Shown: in pieces, positions 17,653 to 29,399 of the stretch
Layout of the letters: each line of letters begins with the position of its first letter
How positions within the stretch are numbered: position 1 is the stretch's first letter
NCBI GenBank assembly: GCA_001179505.1
Contig: CDMY01000533.1
Location: forward strand, 1 to 56,691
Source of the DNA: Vitrella brassicaformis CCMP3155
Lineage: Eukaryota > Protista > Chromerida
Length of the DNA stretch: 56,691 nucleotides
Direction of reading: 5' to 3'
The notes under the pieces: model-generated
Seen by the model: only the letters and a program-made list of their open reading frames with translations
Databases searched by the model: none
Told to the model about the DNA's origin: nothing
Made by a program: the position numbers and the translations under genes

Positions 17653-20400
17653 ATGGGCTGTCTGAGGCTGCTCGTCACGTTGCCAGCGAAGCGCTGTATG
17701 ATTTATTGCCATCGGTCCATATCAACAGTCCACGACCAGATCCCGTCTGACTATTCAGACGCTGCGGCGGCGTCCCTCCCCCAGCTGTCAGTGAAGAACC
17801 TGGGTACTCACAGCAAGCCACAGACTCTCTCGTTTTTGATCTGTGTGTGTCGTGTTGGGGTGCATGAATGCAGGTCACTATGCCCTTCGTGCGTCGCAGA
17901 TAGGGGTTGCAACGCCGGCAGTGTGGCGCCAGCTGTCGTCCTTGCTCAAGGAGCGAGTCGAGTCCATGGATCCAAAGGACTGCCTGCGCGTTCTCAAGGC
18001 CTTCGAGGCCTTCCTGCCGGCGCACACCCAAGCAGCCCGGCGCGACTCCCCCCTGGACGAGGAGCTGCTCTTGGCGGTGGGCAAACAGATCGCCCTGCAG
18101 TGCCACCAAATGAGGGCAGGCGAGATCGCCGCTGCAGCCTATGTTTTCTCGGAGCACAGAGCGCTGTATGCGCCCCTCTACGCTGCCCTAGCCATCGCCT
18201 TCTCCCTCAAGATCGCCTCGGCTGCTGCGGCGGATCTTACGCTTGTGGCACTAGCATATGCGCGGCTGTATCTCGCCGATCAGAACCTTTTTGGTCGGTG
18301 AAGTAAACACAGGCGATTGAATGTGCTGTAATTATCGGGGGTCTCTCCATGTATCAGGTCGTTTGGCGGCGGCATCGGTGGTGCTATTGGGCACCTTCAA
18401 GACGCACGAGCTGGCCTCGCTGCTCATGTCATTCGGCCTCGTGGGTATCAGACACGATGTGCTTTTCATCAAGGCGGCAGACACTGTCACGCAAAAGTTG
18501 CCACGTAAGCCGCCCACGAATCCCCACCAGGCAATGCAAACAGTTCGTGTGCTGTGGTGGTGTTGGAATCAGAGTTCAGTGCAGAGGAGTTGGCCCTCAT
18601 TGCGTTTGCCTATGCCCGGTTCCACCTGATTGTGCCGGGGCTGGTGCACCGCCTGAGGAGCCATCTTCCACATCGAGCTGAACAGCTGAGTGGCACCCAG
18701 GTTGCAGAGCTCGCGATCTCCTGCGCGCGGCTAGGCATAACGCACGAAAAACTGACGGTGCGTGAGGATGATACAAAAAGGAGAGTGACCATATGATGAC
18801 CATATCAGGAGTGATTGATGCCTTGTCTGATGCTGTCAGTCGCTGTATTGTGACAAGATTGACTTCGGGTCTCTCGGCTGGCCCCTGTTTGCAAAGTGCG
18901 CAGCGGCCCTCGGCAGTCTCGAGGTCACACATGCACTGACGTGGCATACAATCGCCAGGGAGACGCTCAGGCGCTTAGAAGACGGTGGCAACCGCGAGAA
19001 CACACCCGGTCCTCCGGGGGACTCCCCGTGGCGGCTGGCTGATCGAACGATGCCTCTCGAAGACGGCTCATCGGCGCTGTCTACTATAGACGGCCCCCCT
19101 CTGGGATGCCTCGTAGACATTTTTGCTGCTTTCGGCGACCTTATGGGCTGTGTCAAAACAGCAGCGGAGCTCTCCTCTCTGGTGCCTGATGTACTGAAAG
19201 AAGTGGGGCCACTGGTGGCAGACGGCGGTGATGCACTGGACGGGCAGCAAGTGATGCGGCTGTTCCGCTCGATGAGGCGGCTCCCGCAAAGATGGACACG
19301 GTCGCATGATCTCGATCCGCGGGTGTCGAATGTGGAGAATGTGGGTGGGCTGGAAGGGCTGCAGCGAGTGCTGATCGGCAGAGTGCTGACGCTGCTTGAC
19401 CGGGAGCAGATGCGGGCAGACGAAGTTCTGTCAACGGCTTACTCAATGGTGGGGGAACGATGCACCGGATATCACAGAACGAGCGGCTTGCACCTGTTTT
19501 CGTGTGGGTCTTCAGATTTGTCTGTACCCACATTCGTACCACGTAGAGGAGCGCATCAAAACTCGCGAGGCATCGTCATTCCCTTCACTTGAGGGATTCC
19601 TTACGCCCGTGTGCTGCGGAGTCTCTGAGCTGCTGGACGACGACAGACAACTGAGGGAGCGACATCCACAGCTGTGGGAGAGCCTCGATAACAAACAGCA
19701 ACAGGTCAAAGCGAGATATGACGGAATCGACGATCTCTTTCCGTGCTCACTTCGCCTATGTTTGCCTCTCTGTCAGGTGGTTCAGCAGTTCATGAGTCGC
19801 CATTTTCCCAGGCTGCCACTCTGGACCATCCCACGGCCGATCGCCATCCAGCCCAAAGATGTACCCGACGCTGTCACCTCACCGCCACGCAATGAAACTC
19901 AGACGCCCAGTCCCACAAGACATGAGGACGAACATTTCTTCCGCGTTCCATCGATGCCCTCTACTGATCGCGATGCCCCGCCCGAGCCCCCGGTGCCTCC
20001 CTGTCAGCGAGTGGATCTGACTTACTCTCTTCCGCAATCGCTCGTTGCCGAGCTGGGCACGGTGCTGAGTGGCATGGGGGTGGCGCACCAGAGGCACTAC
20101 ACAGAAGGGCCGTACGTGGTACCTGTTGTTGAGGCCGACCGCCCCGTGGCATACGTCTTTCTCTCCCAGGAAGACCACATTCACGTGTCGGGTGATGGTG
20201 CGACTGCTTCGTACGACTTGCGGTGCGAGAAGCAAGTTGAGATGCGGTTCTTGGGTTGGGCTGGGTGGAGGATAGCGAGCCTGCCATTCTTTGTGTGGCG
20301 AGGGCTGCGGGGAATGCATGCAAAGGCACAGTGGATTAGGGAGAAGCGGGAAGAGATGATTAGTGAGCTGGACAGTGAAGAAAGAGACTCGGAAAGATGA
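17653..20400 (+). CDS. Helical-repeat (HPR/FAST-like) RNA-binding protein with C-terminal RAP domain, probably organellar
   Basis: Presequence-like MGCLRLLVTLPAKRCMIYCHRSIST; ~37-aa helical repeats (LTLVALAYARL, LASLLMSFGLVG, LALIAFAYARF, VAELAISCARL); RAP-like C-terminus EGPYVVPV...MRFLGWAGWRIASLPFFVW; stop at 20400. Start codon inferred. Confidence 0.8.
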
Positions 20401-20457
20401 ACAAAACCCCTCACACTTGCAAGTGAAATTAATGCCCACGACGCTCAATTTCGTCGA

Positions 20458-20776
20458 CCCCAGCTAGCATGGCAATGCGACGGATCATCCCGTGTTTGGG
20501 TGGTTGATGGGTGGCTGGGTGTATTGTTGGTCGATAAACTAGTCGACTAGCGCTGGTCTCGGTCGTGTACAGTGGATTCGTGTTTTTATGATGTAGTCAG
20601 AGAAGCAAATAAATTCGTTTCGTTCCTCATCGCCGCACAAATACGTCTACACATATCCGTACACGCACGCACACGTCTAGAACACAGCTACAGCTGAGGG
20701 TGCCGTGAATGCCCCATGGAGCGCACCTACCTGGTCTAGCCCTCACCACTCGAAGGCCACTCGAATTTGGACATGC
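20458..20776 (-). pseudogene. Decayed fragment of the ricin-B lectin gene (3' flank + last intron + exon stub)
   Basis: Colinear matches to 23830-24090 (ccccagctagcatggcaatgcg; gtggattcgtgtttttatgatgtagtcagagaa) and 24435-24565 (aacacagctacagctgagggtgccgtgaat...gcgcacctacctg; ccactcgaa). The last exon is missing. Confidence 0.8.
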
Positions 20777-20779
20777 TAG

Positions 20780-20895
20780 GTGTTTTGTTATGTTGTGTCG
20801 TGTCGTGTTATGTTATGTCACCGTGCAATGTCATCGTGTCGTGTCGTGTGATGTCATGTCTTGTTATGTCACGTTGTGTCGTGTCGTGTTGTGAT
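20780..20895. repeat. Degenerate pentanucleotide microsatellite (TGTCG/TGTTA/TGTCA)n
   Basis: Directly visible tandem units. Confidence 0.85.
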
Positions 20896-21519
20896 GCAGC
20901 GTCACCGCTTTGCAGAATTGTATCATGTATTTACCTATTCTGTACAGGCCTTTTTATCCAGGGGTAGCCAAGGGAAACCTCGGTGTGTTGGACACCCGCC
21001 CTGGTTTTTGCAGGGCTGCTATATCGTTTCGGGACTCGCGAGTTTCACGAGCGTGGCACGCTCTTACGAAACAAAGTGTTCCTTTGTTTGTTTGTTGTTT
21101 GTTTGTCCGTAATTGGGGCCAAGCTAGCACTTCCTTCGGTTCCCTTGCGGGGGCTTGCATGCGAGCTTGGGGGCTTTGTATGCATTTCGGGAACGGCGAA
21201 AGCGTAGCGAGTCCCGCCAGCCCGACGGAGGAGGGAAATTTCATTCCATGGACGCATTTTCATGCGTTCATAGGAGACGCAAATGAATGAGGGTTGGTCG
21301 ACGTTGACGCAGTTCGTTTCATGAGAGACCGACAGACTCTGCCTGCCGTTGCGCTATGAGTTAACGTATGTCACACACAGACGCAAATGAATGAATGAAT
21401 GAATGAATGAATTAATTAATTCACGTCAACACACTTGGCTCCGTGAAACACTAGGACTCTGGGGCAGGGTAGGCTGTTCTTCTTCCCTCGCCCACGGCTC
21501 CTTCCTCAGATGAGTGACG

Positions 21520-23081
21520 ATGAAACTGCCTCGAGGTGGTAGCGGCAGTGGCAGTTTGTACACCGGCAGTCCGTCCTGCTCCCTGTCGACCATCCGTCCG
21601 TCCCGCTCCCTGTCGGCCATCCCTGTGAAGGGTCCGAGTGCCGACAGTCCCCTTTCGCTGACACCTACCGGCTCAAGTCGTCGGATCACGGAAGACACCC
21701 AGCCTCTTCCACCTTGCTTACCAACCAAAGCTGCCGATGACAGTGTGCCGGTTGAGATCCGCACTCTGCCTGAGGAATGGGGATTTTGGACTATCGAGAT
21801 CTGCGGTCCGATAAAACTGGTCAGTCAGTTCAGTCAACCAAGAAAACGATGAGATCTATGTCCTGCTTCGTTCTCCCTTTTGTTCTGTTCAGTGGCTGAG
21901 GGACACTCCCGTCAACTCCCTCATCGATATTGTCCTCGCGGGTGCTGTCAACTATGCCTACTGCATCGTCACCGCGGATCTCATCGGCTCCGAAAGACTG
22001 CTTTATTGGTGGTTCGACATTGCCTGTCGATATCTCTGGCCGACATTGATCCTCGCGTTTAAATGCCTGGGTCATTTCCAGCCTCCACGCAGCGTCCTTG
22101 AAATGGTGCTTGTCAATATCGCCTGCATCGTCTCCGTCGGACTGGGCAGCTTCGCTCTATACATTGCGCCAATCGGACGTAAGAAACAACAATGGACAGG
22201 GACAATGAGCCAATCTCGCATGCATCGGCTGGGTATACCTCTTGTGAATAGGTCTGTTCACGTTTCTGTGGTACATCGGGGCGATTTGGTGCGGAGGATG
22301 CACCGTTTTAATCTGTTTTGTCCCAAGGTCATTTAAGGTCCCAACGAGTCCCCCCTCTCCTCGGGCCGACCGGTGTTGCATTCCTCGTCCGCATATCATT
22401 CAGCATATTCGCGCCAAAAGTTTTCACCTCTTCGATATGCAGACTCGATTGCGTATCAAAGACTCGCTCAGTCGTGTTCCTGCAAAGGCAGCGCCGTCGC
22501 AGTGGTAAGCCACTCGCGGACTTTCTTCGCTTATATCACCAACGACTCTCTCTTTCTCTGCCTGTGTGCATGTATGTCATCCCATTTGTCAGGAGAGATC
22601 AGTCAAACTCTTGCTGTTTTTCCTCGTGATGCTCGATTGGACTTCCGATCTTGCCGTCGGTGTTGACCTTGTCACTCGTGGGCTCCTCTGGCAATCCGTC
22701 ATCATCTTCGTCCTCTCTCTCTGCGACTGCATTGCGCTCAATGCCCACTGGCGTGCGCGGCCTCTGATGGAATTGTCCGTGAGATTCCATCTCATTACTT
22801 TTATCGTCTCGCTGGGAGAGATACCTATCGCCATCATTACCTTCATGTCCATGCCGGTGGATCAGTCGGACCTCAGTACACTCGTCCTCTACGTCCTTTC
22901 AATCGTCGTCACCTGTCTGATGGTCTCCTTCAAAGGAGGAATGCTGTTCGCCCAAATGAGGAGAGAGCGACTGAGAGAGAAACGGACGACGAGCAGCATC
23001 ACGAGGACCACCACGAGCACCACCACGAGCACCCCCACGAGGGAGTACTGCTTGGGCTCAGTCTCGCACCAAGTCACATAA
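21520..23081 (+). CDS. Multi-pass membrane protein of unknown function (4 exons; Ser/Pro-rich N-terminus, Thr-rich tail)
   Basis: Exons join as MKLPRGGS...GPIKL|WLRDTPVNSLIDIVLAGAVNYAYCIV...SFALYIAPIG|HLRSQ...RRS|ERSVKLLLFFLVMLDWTSDLAVGV...FKGGMLFAQMRRERLREK..., with roughly 7-8 hydrophobic segments. Confidence 0.7.
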
Positions 23082-23189
23082 GATAGGCCGTGAAGAGCAC
23101 GATCTTGTGAGGTTCAATCGAGTGGTGGCATGGGGTGTATTTCATTCGATGCTCTGCACACGTGAGGTGTGTGGTATGCTGGCGGGGTG

Positions 23190-23489
23190 NNNNNNNNNNN
23201 NNNNNNNNNNNNNNNNNNNNNNNNNNNNNNNNNNNNNNNNNNNNNNNNNNNNNNNNNNNNNNNNNNNNNNNNNNNNNNNNNNNNNNNNNNNNNNNNNNNN
23301 NNNNNNNNNNNNNNNNNNNNNNNNNNNNNNNNNNNNNNNNNNNNNNNNNNNNNNNNNNNNNNNNNNNNNNNNNNNNNNNNNNNNNNNNNNNNNNNNNNNN
23401 NNNNNNNNNNNNNNNNNNNNNNNNNNNNNNNNNNNNNNNNNNNNNNNNNNNNNNNNNNNNNNNNNNNNNNNNNNNNNNNNNNNNNNNNN
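23190..23489. other. Assembly gap (300 N)
   Basis: Run of N. Confidence 1.
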
Positions 23490-24308
23490 GGGGGGGGGAG
23501 AGGGAGGGGGATGATTGTAAGTTCTATTGCTTTTATCCGTGCTCTATCTTGACGTCCAAGGCAGGATTTGTAACTGTCTGGCGGTGGATTACGTGGAGTG
23601 ACTACTGTGTGTCGTGTGGTGGGTGGCCTTCGTGTGTTCGTGTCTTTTGTGCATTCGTGTCTTTTGTGCATTCGAGTCTTTTATGGATTCCTGTCTTTTG
23701 TGCATGGTGTCGATGCTCAAGCTCACGAATCCATTTGCCATACGTACACATAAAGCATATGGATGTGTATGTGCGTTTCGTAGTTTATGTCGCGTCTGAC
23801 AGAATGCCTTTACGACAGTCAGCCCATCGCCCCAGCTAGCATGGCAATGCGATGGATCATCCCGTGTAATCATGTTGGTACCTCTATATTACCATGCGGT
23901 GCAGGTAGATTGGTGAGTGGGTGAGTGTATTGTTGGTCGATAGATTAGTCGACTGGTTAGCGCTGGTCTCGGTCGTGCACAGTGGATTCGTGTTTTTATG
24001 ATGTAGTCAGAGAACCAGTAAATTTGTTTGGTTCTTCACCGCCACACACACAAATGCACGCTCGAACACGTCCACAGACCAGGCCCTCATGCACTTCGCA
24101 AACAAGAGACCACGACACCACATAAAAGCACATGTACCCGACGAAACTAACACGCAAGGTGACACGTATGTCCTCGGTTGGCGGGGCGGCTATTGGCCCT
24201 TACCACGGAGGACAACCACGTGAGCGCGCCTTGATTGGGCGCCGTGTGCCCCTTATGTCACGTCACGCATATTCTACTCAGACGTATTTGGCAAGCCAGG
24301 CAAACTAT

Positions 24309-25096
24309 TTACGGCCTCTTCAAGTCCCAAATGAAGTTGTCCGTATCGCATGCTATGCCTTGCACCACGTTGGCACCATTGTGGTGGCTCGAAAGGAAGA
24401 CGCCAAGGCACTGGCCTGCAAACAGAGTGGGATAAACACAGCTACAGCTGAGGGTGCCGTGAATCCCCCAAATGAAGCGCACCTACCTGAGTGTCTGGCT
24501 TTCACGAGATAACCACCATCCTTTTCTTCCAAGAAGGCCCACTCGAAGTTGGGCGTATCGCATGCTCTGCCTTGCACCACGTTGGCACCATTCAGCTGAT
24601 CCAAATTGAGGACGCCCAGGCACTGGTTGGAGTGCTGAGCGATGAGGTGATAGTACTCAGTCGAACCCGGCACTTGCTTAATCTTCCACTTGAAGTTAGT
24701 TGTATCGCATGCTTTGCCTTGCACCACGTTGCCACCATTCAGCTGGTCCCAATTGAGGACGCCCAGGCACTGCTGGGAGTGACGGGCTTCAAGGAGCCAC
24801 CAGCCGACCTCCAGGTCGGCAGGGAGTAGCATGCGATGCGTGACATCTGTGGGAGAGCAGAGCCAGTAACAACCTGAGTGATTAACCGTCCCTCGCCCAC
24901 CCACTATCACCCACCTGTTGCGTCACTGACACCAGACTGCTTCACATCGCCGACACCTCCTCTTATGGTCTGAAGCGTCCAGCCATGACAATTACGGTTG
25001 GCTTCTGCTCCCCCGCATCCCTTCGCTCGCCTCACCAACCCCATCACGGCAGAGCAGCGCCAGGAGGAGCAGGGCAAGGGCGGCGGCGTACGTCAT
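24309..25096 (-). CDS. Secreted ricin-B-type (R-type) beta-trefoil lectin
   Basis: Signal-like MTYAAALALLLLALLCRDG; three repeats ARHSQQCLGV...NGGNVVQGKACDTTNFKW / AQHSNQCLGV...NGANVVQGRACDTPNFEW / ARHS|GQCLGV...NGANVVQGIACDTDNFIW; stop TAA 24311-24309. The junction of exon 1 is uncertain. Confidence 0.88.
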
Positions 25097-25299
25097 GCTG
25101 AAGGGCGAGACAGCGATGCACTAGATTGAGTTCGGGAAGTGAGGAAGGCGAGATCGAGGAGATGTGGAGCTTCCTTTTTTTCTTTCAATCCCTTTCCGTA
25201 ACAGCTTCTCTCTCCTCGTTTCACGCAGTCATACCCTAACATATCCGCGCGTACTGTCTGAGGCAGGCTGTCTCTCCGAGAGCACAGTGATCAGATCAC

Positions 25300-26622
25300 A
25301 TGCTCTCTCGGTGGAGCCTGGTATTGCCGATTTATTGGGTGGAGATCTATTGGCTTCTCGGCGTCATCACAACGCCCTCCCTCCCCCGCCCCAACGCCGC
25401 TTCGACTTCATCTGTGAGGCGAATGACGGTCATATCAGCGTTTTCATCCTCCTTTCACGGAGCCATCGAGAGATCCGCGCAACGCCCCGACCACCGGCGC
25501 ATCCCACCGCCCCTCTATTCATCGGCCCACCCCACAGCTCCGCCAACTCCTCCCAAACGTCGGGCCGGCAAGAAGCGTGTGGATGAGTGGCTGGTCCAGG
25601 CCGGGCTGGCCGAGACCCGTTCCAAAGCCCAGGGGCTGGTGATGCTTGACCGTGTTTTTATCAACGACACGCGAGTGGGCAAGGCCGGGGAGCTCTTGCG
25701 AGAGGAGGACGTTCGATGGCTGCGTGTGGCTGGCGGCCCCAAGTATGTGAGTCGGGGAGGGGAGAAGCTCGAGGGGTTTATGGACGCGTGGGGGATCTCA
25801 AGGTTGGACGGCAAGCGGGTGCTCGATGTGGGCGCGTCCACGGGTGGCTTCTCTGACTGTTGCCTGCAGCGGTAGGTATCAAGGCATACATAGGGGGGCG
25901 GTCTAGGATGAAGCTGTGTATCATACGACGAGCTGGTCTGTCTGTCTGTCTGTCTTTCTGCAAGTGCAGGGGTGCGGCTCATGTGACTTGTGTTGACGTG
26001 GGACGGGCGCAGCTCGACCCCAAGATCACCAGCGACCCACGTGTCGTGAACTTGGAACGAATGAACGCCAAGTAAGTAAAAGTAAGAGAGTCCGCCACCC
26101 CGTCCGTGACCGCTGGCGCATGAGTGTTGTTTGTATGTCCTGCCTGCAGGTACCTTAACTCTAGCATGTTGCCCCATGACGATTACGATGTCATCGTGAT
26201 GGACCTGTCATTCATTTCTCTCACCAAAGGCACGCAGGCAGCCACCCGCACAACGCAGCTAGTCTCTGTCACACATATATGTTTCTATTTAGATATATAT
26301 ATTGTGTCTACGTATTGGTGCAGTTTTGCCCGCCGTATGGCCTCTGCTCAAGACGGCTGTCGATAATAATGTTGATCCACCATTATCGGGGCTGTTGATA
26401 GCGCTGATCAAGCCCCAGTTCGAGTGCAGGAAGGAGGAGGCGCGACGGTATAGAGGAATCATTCGTGACGGGGCCATCCATCGCCGCGTTTGTGAAGAAA
26501 TCACGTCTTTCTGTGCGAGGGAACTGAGTGGCAGTGAGTTGATGGGATTGGTCGAGTCCCCTATAAAGGGTGGCGAGGGCAACAGGGAGTACTTGCTGGG
26601 ACTGAGACGAAATCCTGATTGA
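25300..26622 (+). CDS. tlyA: TlyA-family rRNA (cytidine-2'-O)-methyltransferase with S4 domain and bipartite N-terminal leader
   Basis: KKRVDEWLVQAGLAETRSKAQ (S4), [62 protein letters not shown]; 4 exons; ~90-aa hydrophobic + Ser/Arg-rich extension. Confidence 0.95.
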
Positions 26623-27317
26623 TCTACATCGATGCAAACTGCAGTTACGCATGCTCCCCCTCTGCAAACACACACATGCGGTACCCGTCCAACCACACCC
26701 ATCCAAGATGAGTCACATAGAGGTAGGCGTTGCATGGGTCCGTTGAAAACGCGCACACGCACGCACTCACGCTCATACGATTAACCCGTGTGTAGGAGCA
26801 GTTCGCAACCTTCCTAAACGGACTTATTCTCAACGGACTTTTGAGTACGGCTTTCCTTCATCAGACCCTGTAGCAATGAGTGAGTCAACGAATGACCTGG
26901 TTTTATATCTCCGTGAGTCACTTTCACGTGTCTCACACCATCACGTATTTTACGTATCCATACCGTTGGATGGCAGACGGGACACATCTGAGTCGCAAGC
27001 AAATGTGTCACTTCAAGGCAATTGCAATTGTATCAAACCACCGTCGATGCTTACATACACAGGAGACACACCAATTAATTAATCTGCACGAGAAAAGTAA
27101 CTCCTGTCCTCACCCATGGCATCATGATTTGTTTGCAGTCAATGAGTGTTGTTCATTGGCAAAGGGCATCAAAGCCCGTTCTGTGTGTCCTTTCTCCTCG
27201 CCTGCACAACCCAGGTGGTTCATGTGTCTCTCCGGTGTAAGCTGTGTCTTCCTTCTGCCATCCATTTGTTCTGTGCTTCTTTCTCAGACCCATGCCTGTC
27301 GGAACGCGCCCGACTTC

Positions 27318-27907
27318 ATGCGCTGTTCGGTCGTTCGTTAACCTCACGGGGACCTTGCCCCCCGGCCCCCCGAAGGGGTACGCAAGAACGAGTCTGTGTG
27401 GTGCAGGCTGTCTACCCACCCATCCCTATGGTCCACCACAAAAGGAAAGGCACTGGCACCGGCCGACATGCAGATGACAATAGAGGGCACAGATGACGAA
27501 CACTTCCCCTAGCCACATACACAAGAACGAGCGATATCGCCCGACAGCATGAAGCCCTGGCAAGTGTACAGAAGCCAGAGGAAGCAAGCGAAACATGGAA
27601 GCCCACTGAGCCATCCAACGCAACAAACAACAATCAGGTGAACACACCACCATGTACACGCGGAAAACAACAGAAGCGCCCCACCCATCCACCCACAGCA
27701 GCCAACCAATAGGCAGACAGAGAGAAAGGGAGAGAGGCCAGGCGGGCAACAAAGCAGGCCAGCCTCAGGAGAGGAACGTGCAGGCTAATGTCTGTTGCTG
27801 TGTCACTGGCAAGATGTGAGCCTCCTTCTCACTAGCTGTGGATGCTGAGTGTGACCATAGGTGCCTAGGAATGCACGCCCGCCCCATCACGCACGACTGA
27901 TGCGCTG
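27318..27907. mobile_element. 574-bp insertion (27326-27899) flanked by 8-bp target-site duplication ATGCGCTG; non-autonomous DNA-transposon-like
   Basis: ATGCGCTG occurs at 27318-27325 and 27900-27907. The paralogous upstream region of family X copy 1 has a single copy (empty site, cagcgcat 14418-14425) with both flanks contiguous. Ends are weak inverted matches (CGGTCGTTCGTTA vs CAGTCGTGCGTGA, 10/13). Confidence 0.75.
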
Positions 27908-28067
27908 AATTTAATGAGGTTTAGGGCAGCTGTGTATCGACTGACTGGTCTCACCGTGGTTGTGAGGTGCTGCTTCCGTTTCCCCGCCTCGTTGACGATT
28001 CAGACTCCAGATCAGTTGTAGTTTGGTCGCTTTTTCTTCCGTGAATGCCAATTCCGACTCCCTGTAG

Positions 28068-29096
28068 ATGTTCCCCGGAGCCGCTGCGTCGGTTGTTTGC
28101 CTCTTGTGTGCGTTGTCAGCTGTTCAAGTGCAACGAGTTGCGGGGTTCGCGTCGCCTTGGCCTGTTGGCAGAAACCTCGTGGGACAAAGCAGGGCGACTT
28201 CTTCGGCGGCGCACCGACAGCCGACACGCCTGGTGGGCTGATGGGAAGATGCAGCCATCTGGCACAAGTGATGTGCACCTCTCTCTTTGTGTGTCTGTGT
28301 CCGGTGTGTTCGTCAGTGGTCAGCAGGCGGCAAGTCAGTGGAAGATCAACAGCTGGTACACAGAAACACTCTGGCACCAGGAGGGGACGGCTGATCACCT
28401 GGGCTGTGTGTGTGAGTGAGTGCAGGACACGGTTATCGCCGCTCGCAAGAAAGAGCCCGACGAGGACTTAGCTGACATTGATGAAAGCCAAAAGTGGTTC
28501 CAGGAGACATTGATAGAAGTCAGAAACTTCAGGAAGCCGTCCAAATTCGTCCTCACTCAGTATCGGCCTTACTTAAGAGGAGGAGGTCGCAAGGCGCCAG
28601 AAGGAGCGGGAGAGGCTGATTGCCAAACGTGAGTGATCCCGAACTCGACCAAGGCTGGCTGGGCACAGAGGGATTAACGCATCGTTTCATGGATTTCTGG
28701 TTGACCCTTTTGCCATCAGACGAGGAATGGCTGCAGAAGGTCCGAGAGCACGGCCTCCCTCACGGTACGCACATGAACCGGCTGGCAGCTGGGCAACGGC
28801 ACGCGAACATTCGTCTCTTTTGTGTGTGTGCGTACGTTTTGCGTGCTTCATCAGCAGAGGAGCCCAAGGCCGAGCCAGAAACAGTCGAGTCGCTCCGCAA
28901 GAGAGTGCGGGAGTTGGAGGAGACCGTTCGTTCGATGGAGCGGGCCCAGAGGGAGCTAGCGGTGTGGGAGAGGAGCTGGCTGGGCCGGTACTACAGGGGG
29001 AGGCTGAAAATTGGCTATGCCTTGATGGCCCCCCTCTACAGGCTTCTTTTACGGTTGCGCGGGGATGGAGGGGGGGAGAGAGGCGATGCTCGCTGA
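28068..29096 (+). pseudogene. Family X copy 2, frameshifted in exon 3 and diverged at the 3' end
   Basis: Same exon structure as the other copies. An extra A at 28575-28576 (tac tta A gag gag) shifts LEKEVARRQ to LRGGGRKAP; homology to copies 1 and 3 stops at ~29024. Confidence 0.65.
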
Positions 29097-29399
29097 TCGT
29101 CGAAGTGGCGTCATGAGGGGCTGACGATATAATGGGGGAGTGGTTGGCGGTGTACAGTGGGGATTTTGTGACGTGCATCGATGCCACACATGGATGCCGA
29201 ATCAGTGAATTCACGGAGGACGCGTCAGTGCCACCATTGTGAATGAACCAGTGCTGTCGAAAATCGATGGTGTCGACGATCGATCTCCACAACATCGTCC
29301 TGACAGACAAACGCAGCACTTGACTGACTCCATGCGTCTATCGCGTATGCCTGTGTGTGGCAGTCGATGGCATGTATATGGAACGGTGGAAATGCGTCG

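Noticed and set aside
20940-21290. GC-rich stretch with small hairpins (e.g. GCCCTG...CAGGGC) suggesting a structured ncRNA or tRNA
   Set aside because: No tRNA cloverleaf, A/B boxes or recognisable snRNA/rRNA motif could be identified.
23107-23839. ORFs spanning the N gap
   Set aside because: Artefacts of translating through Ns and simple repeats.
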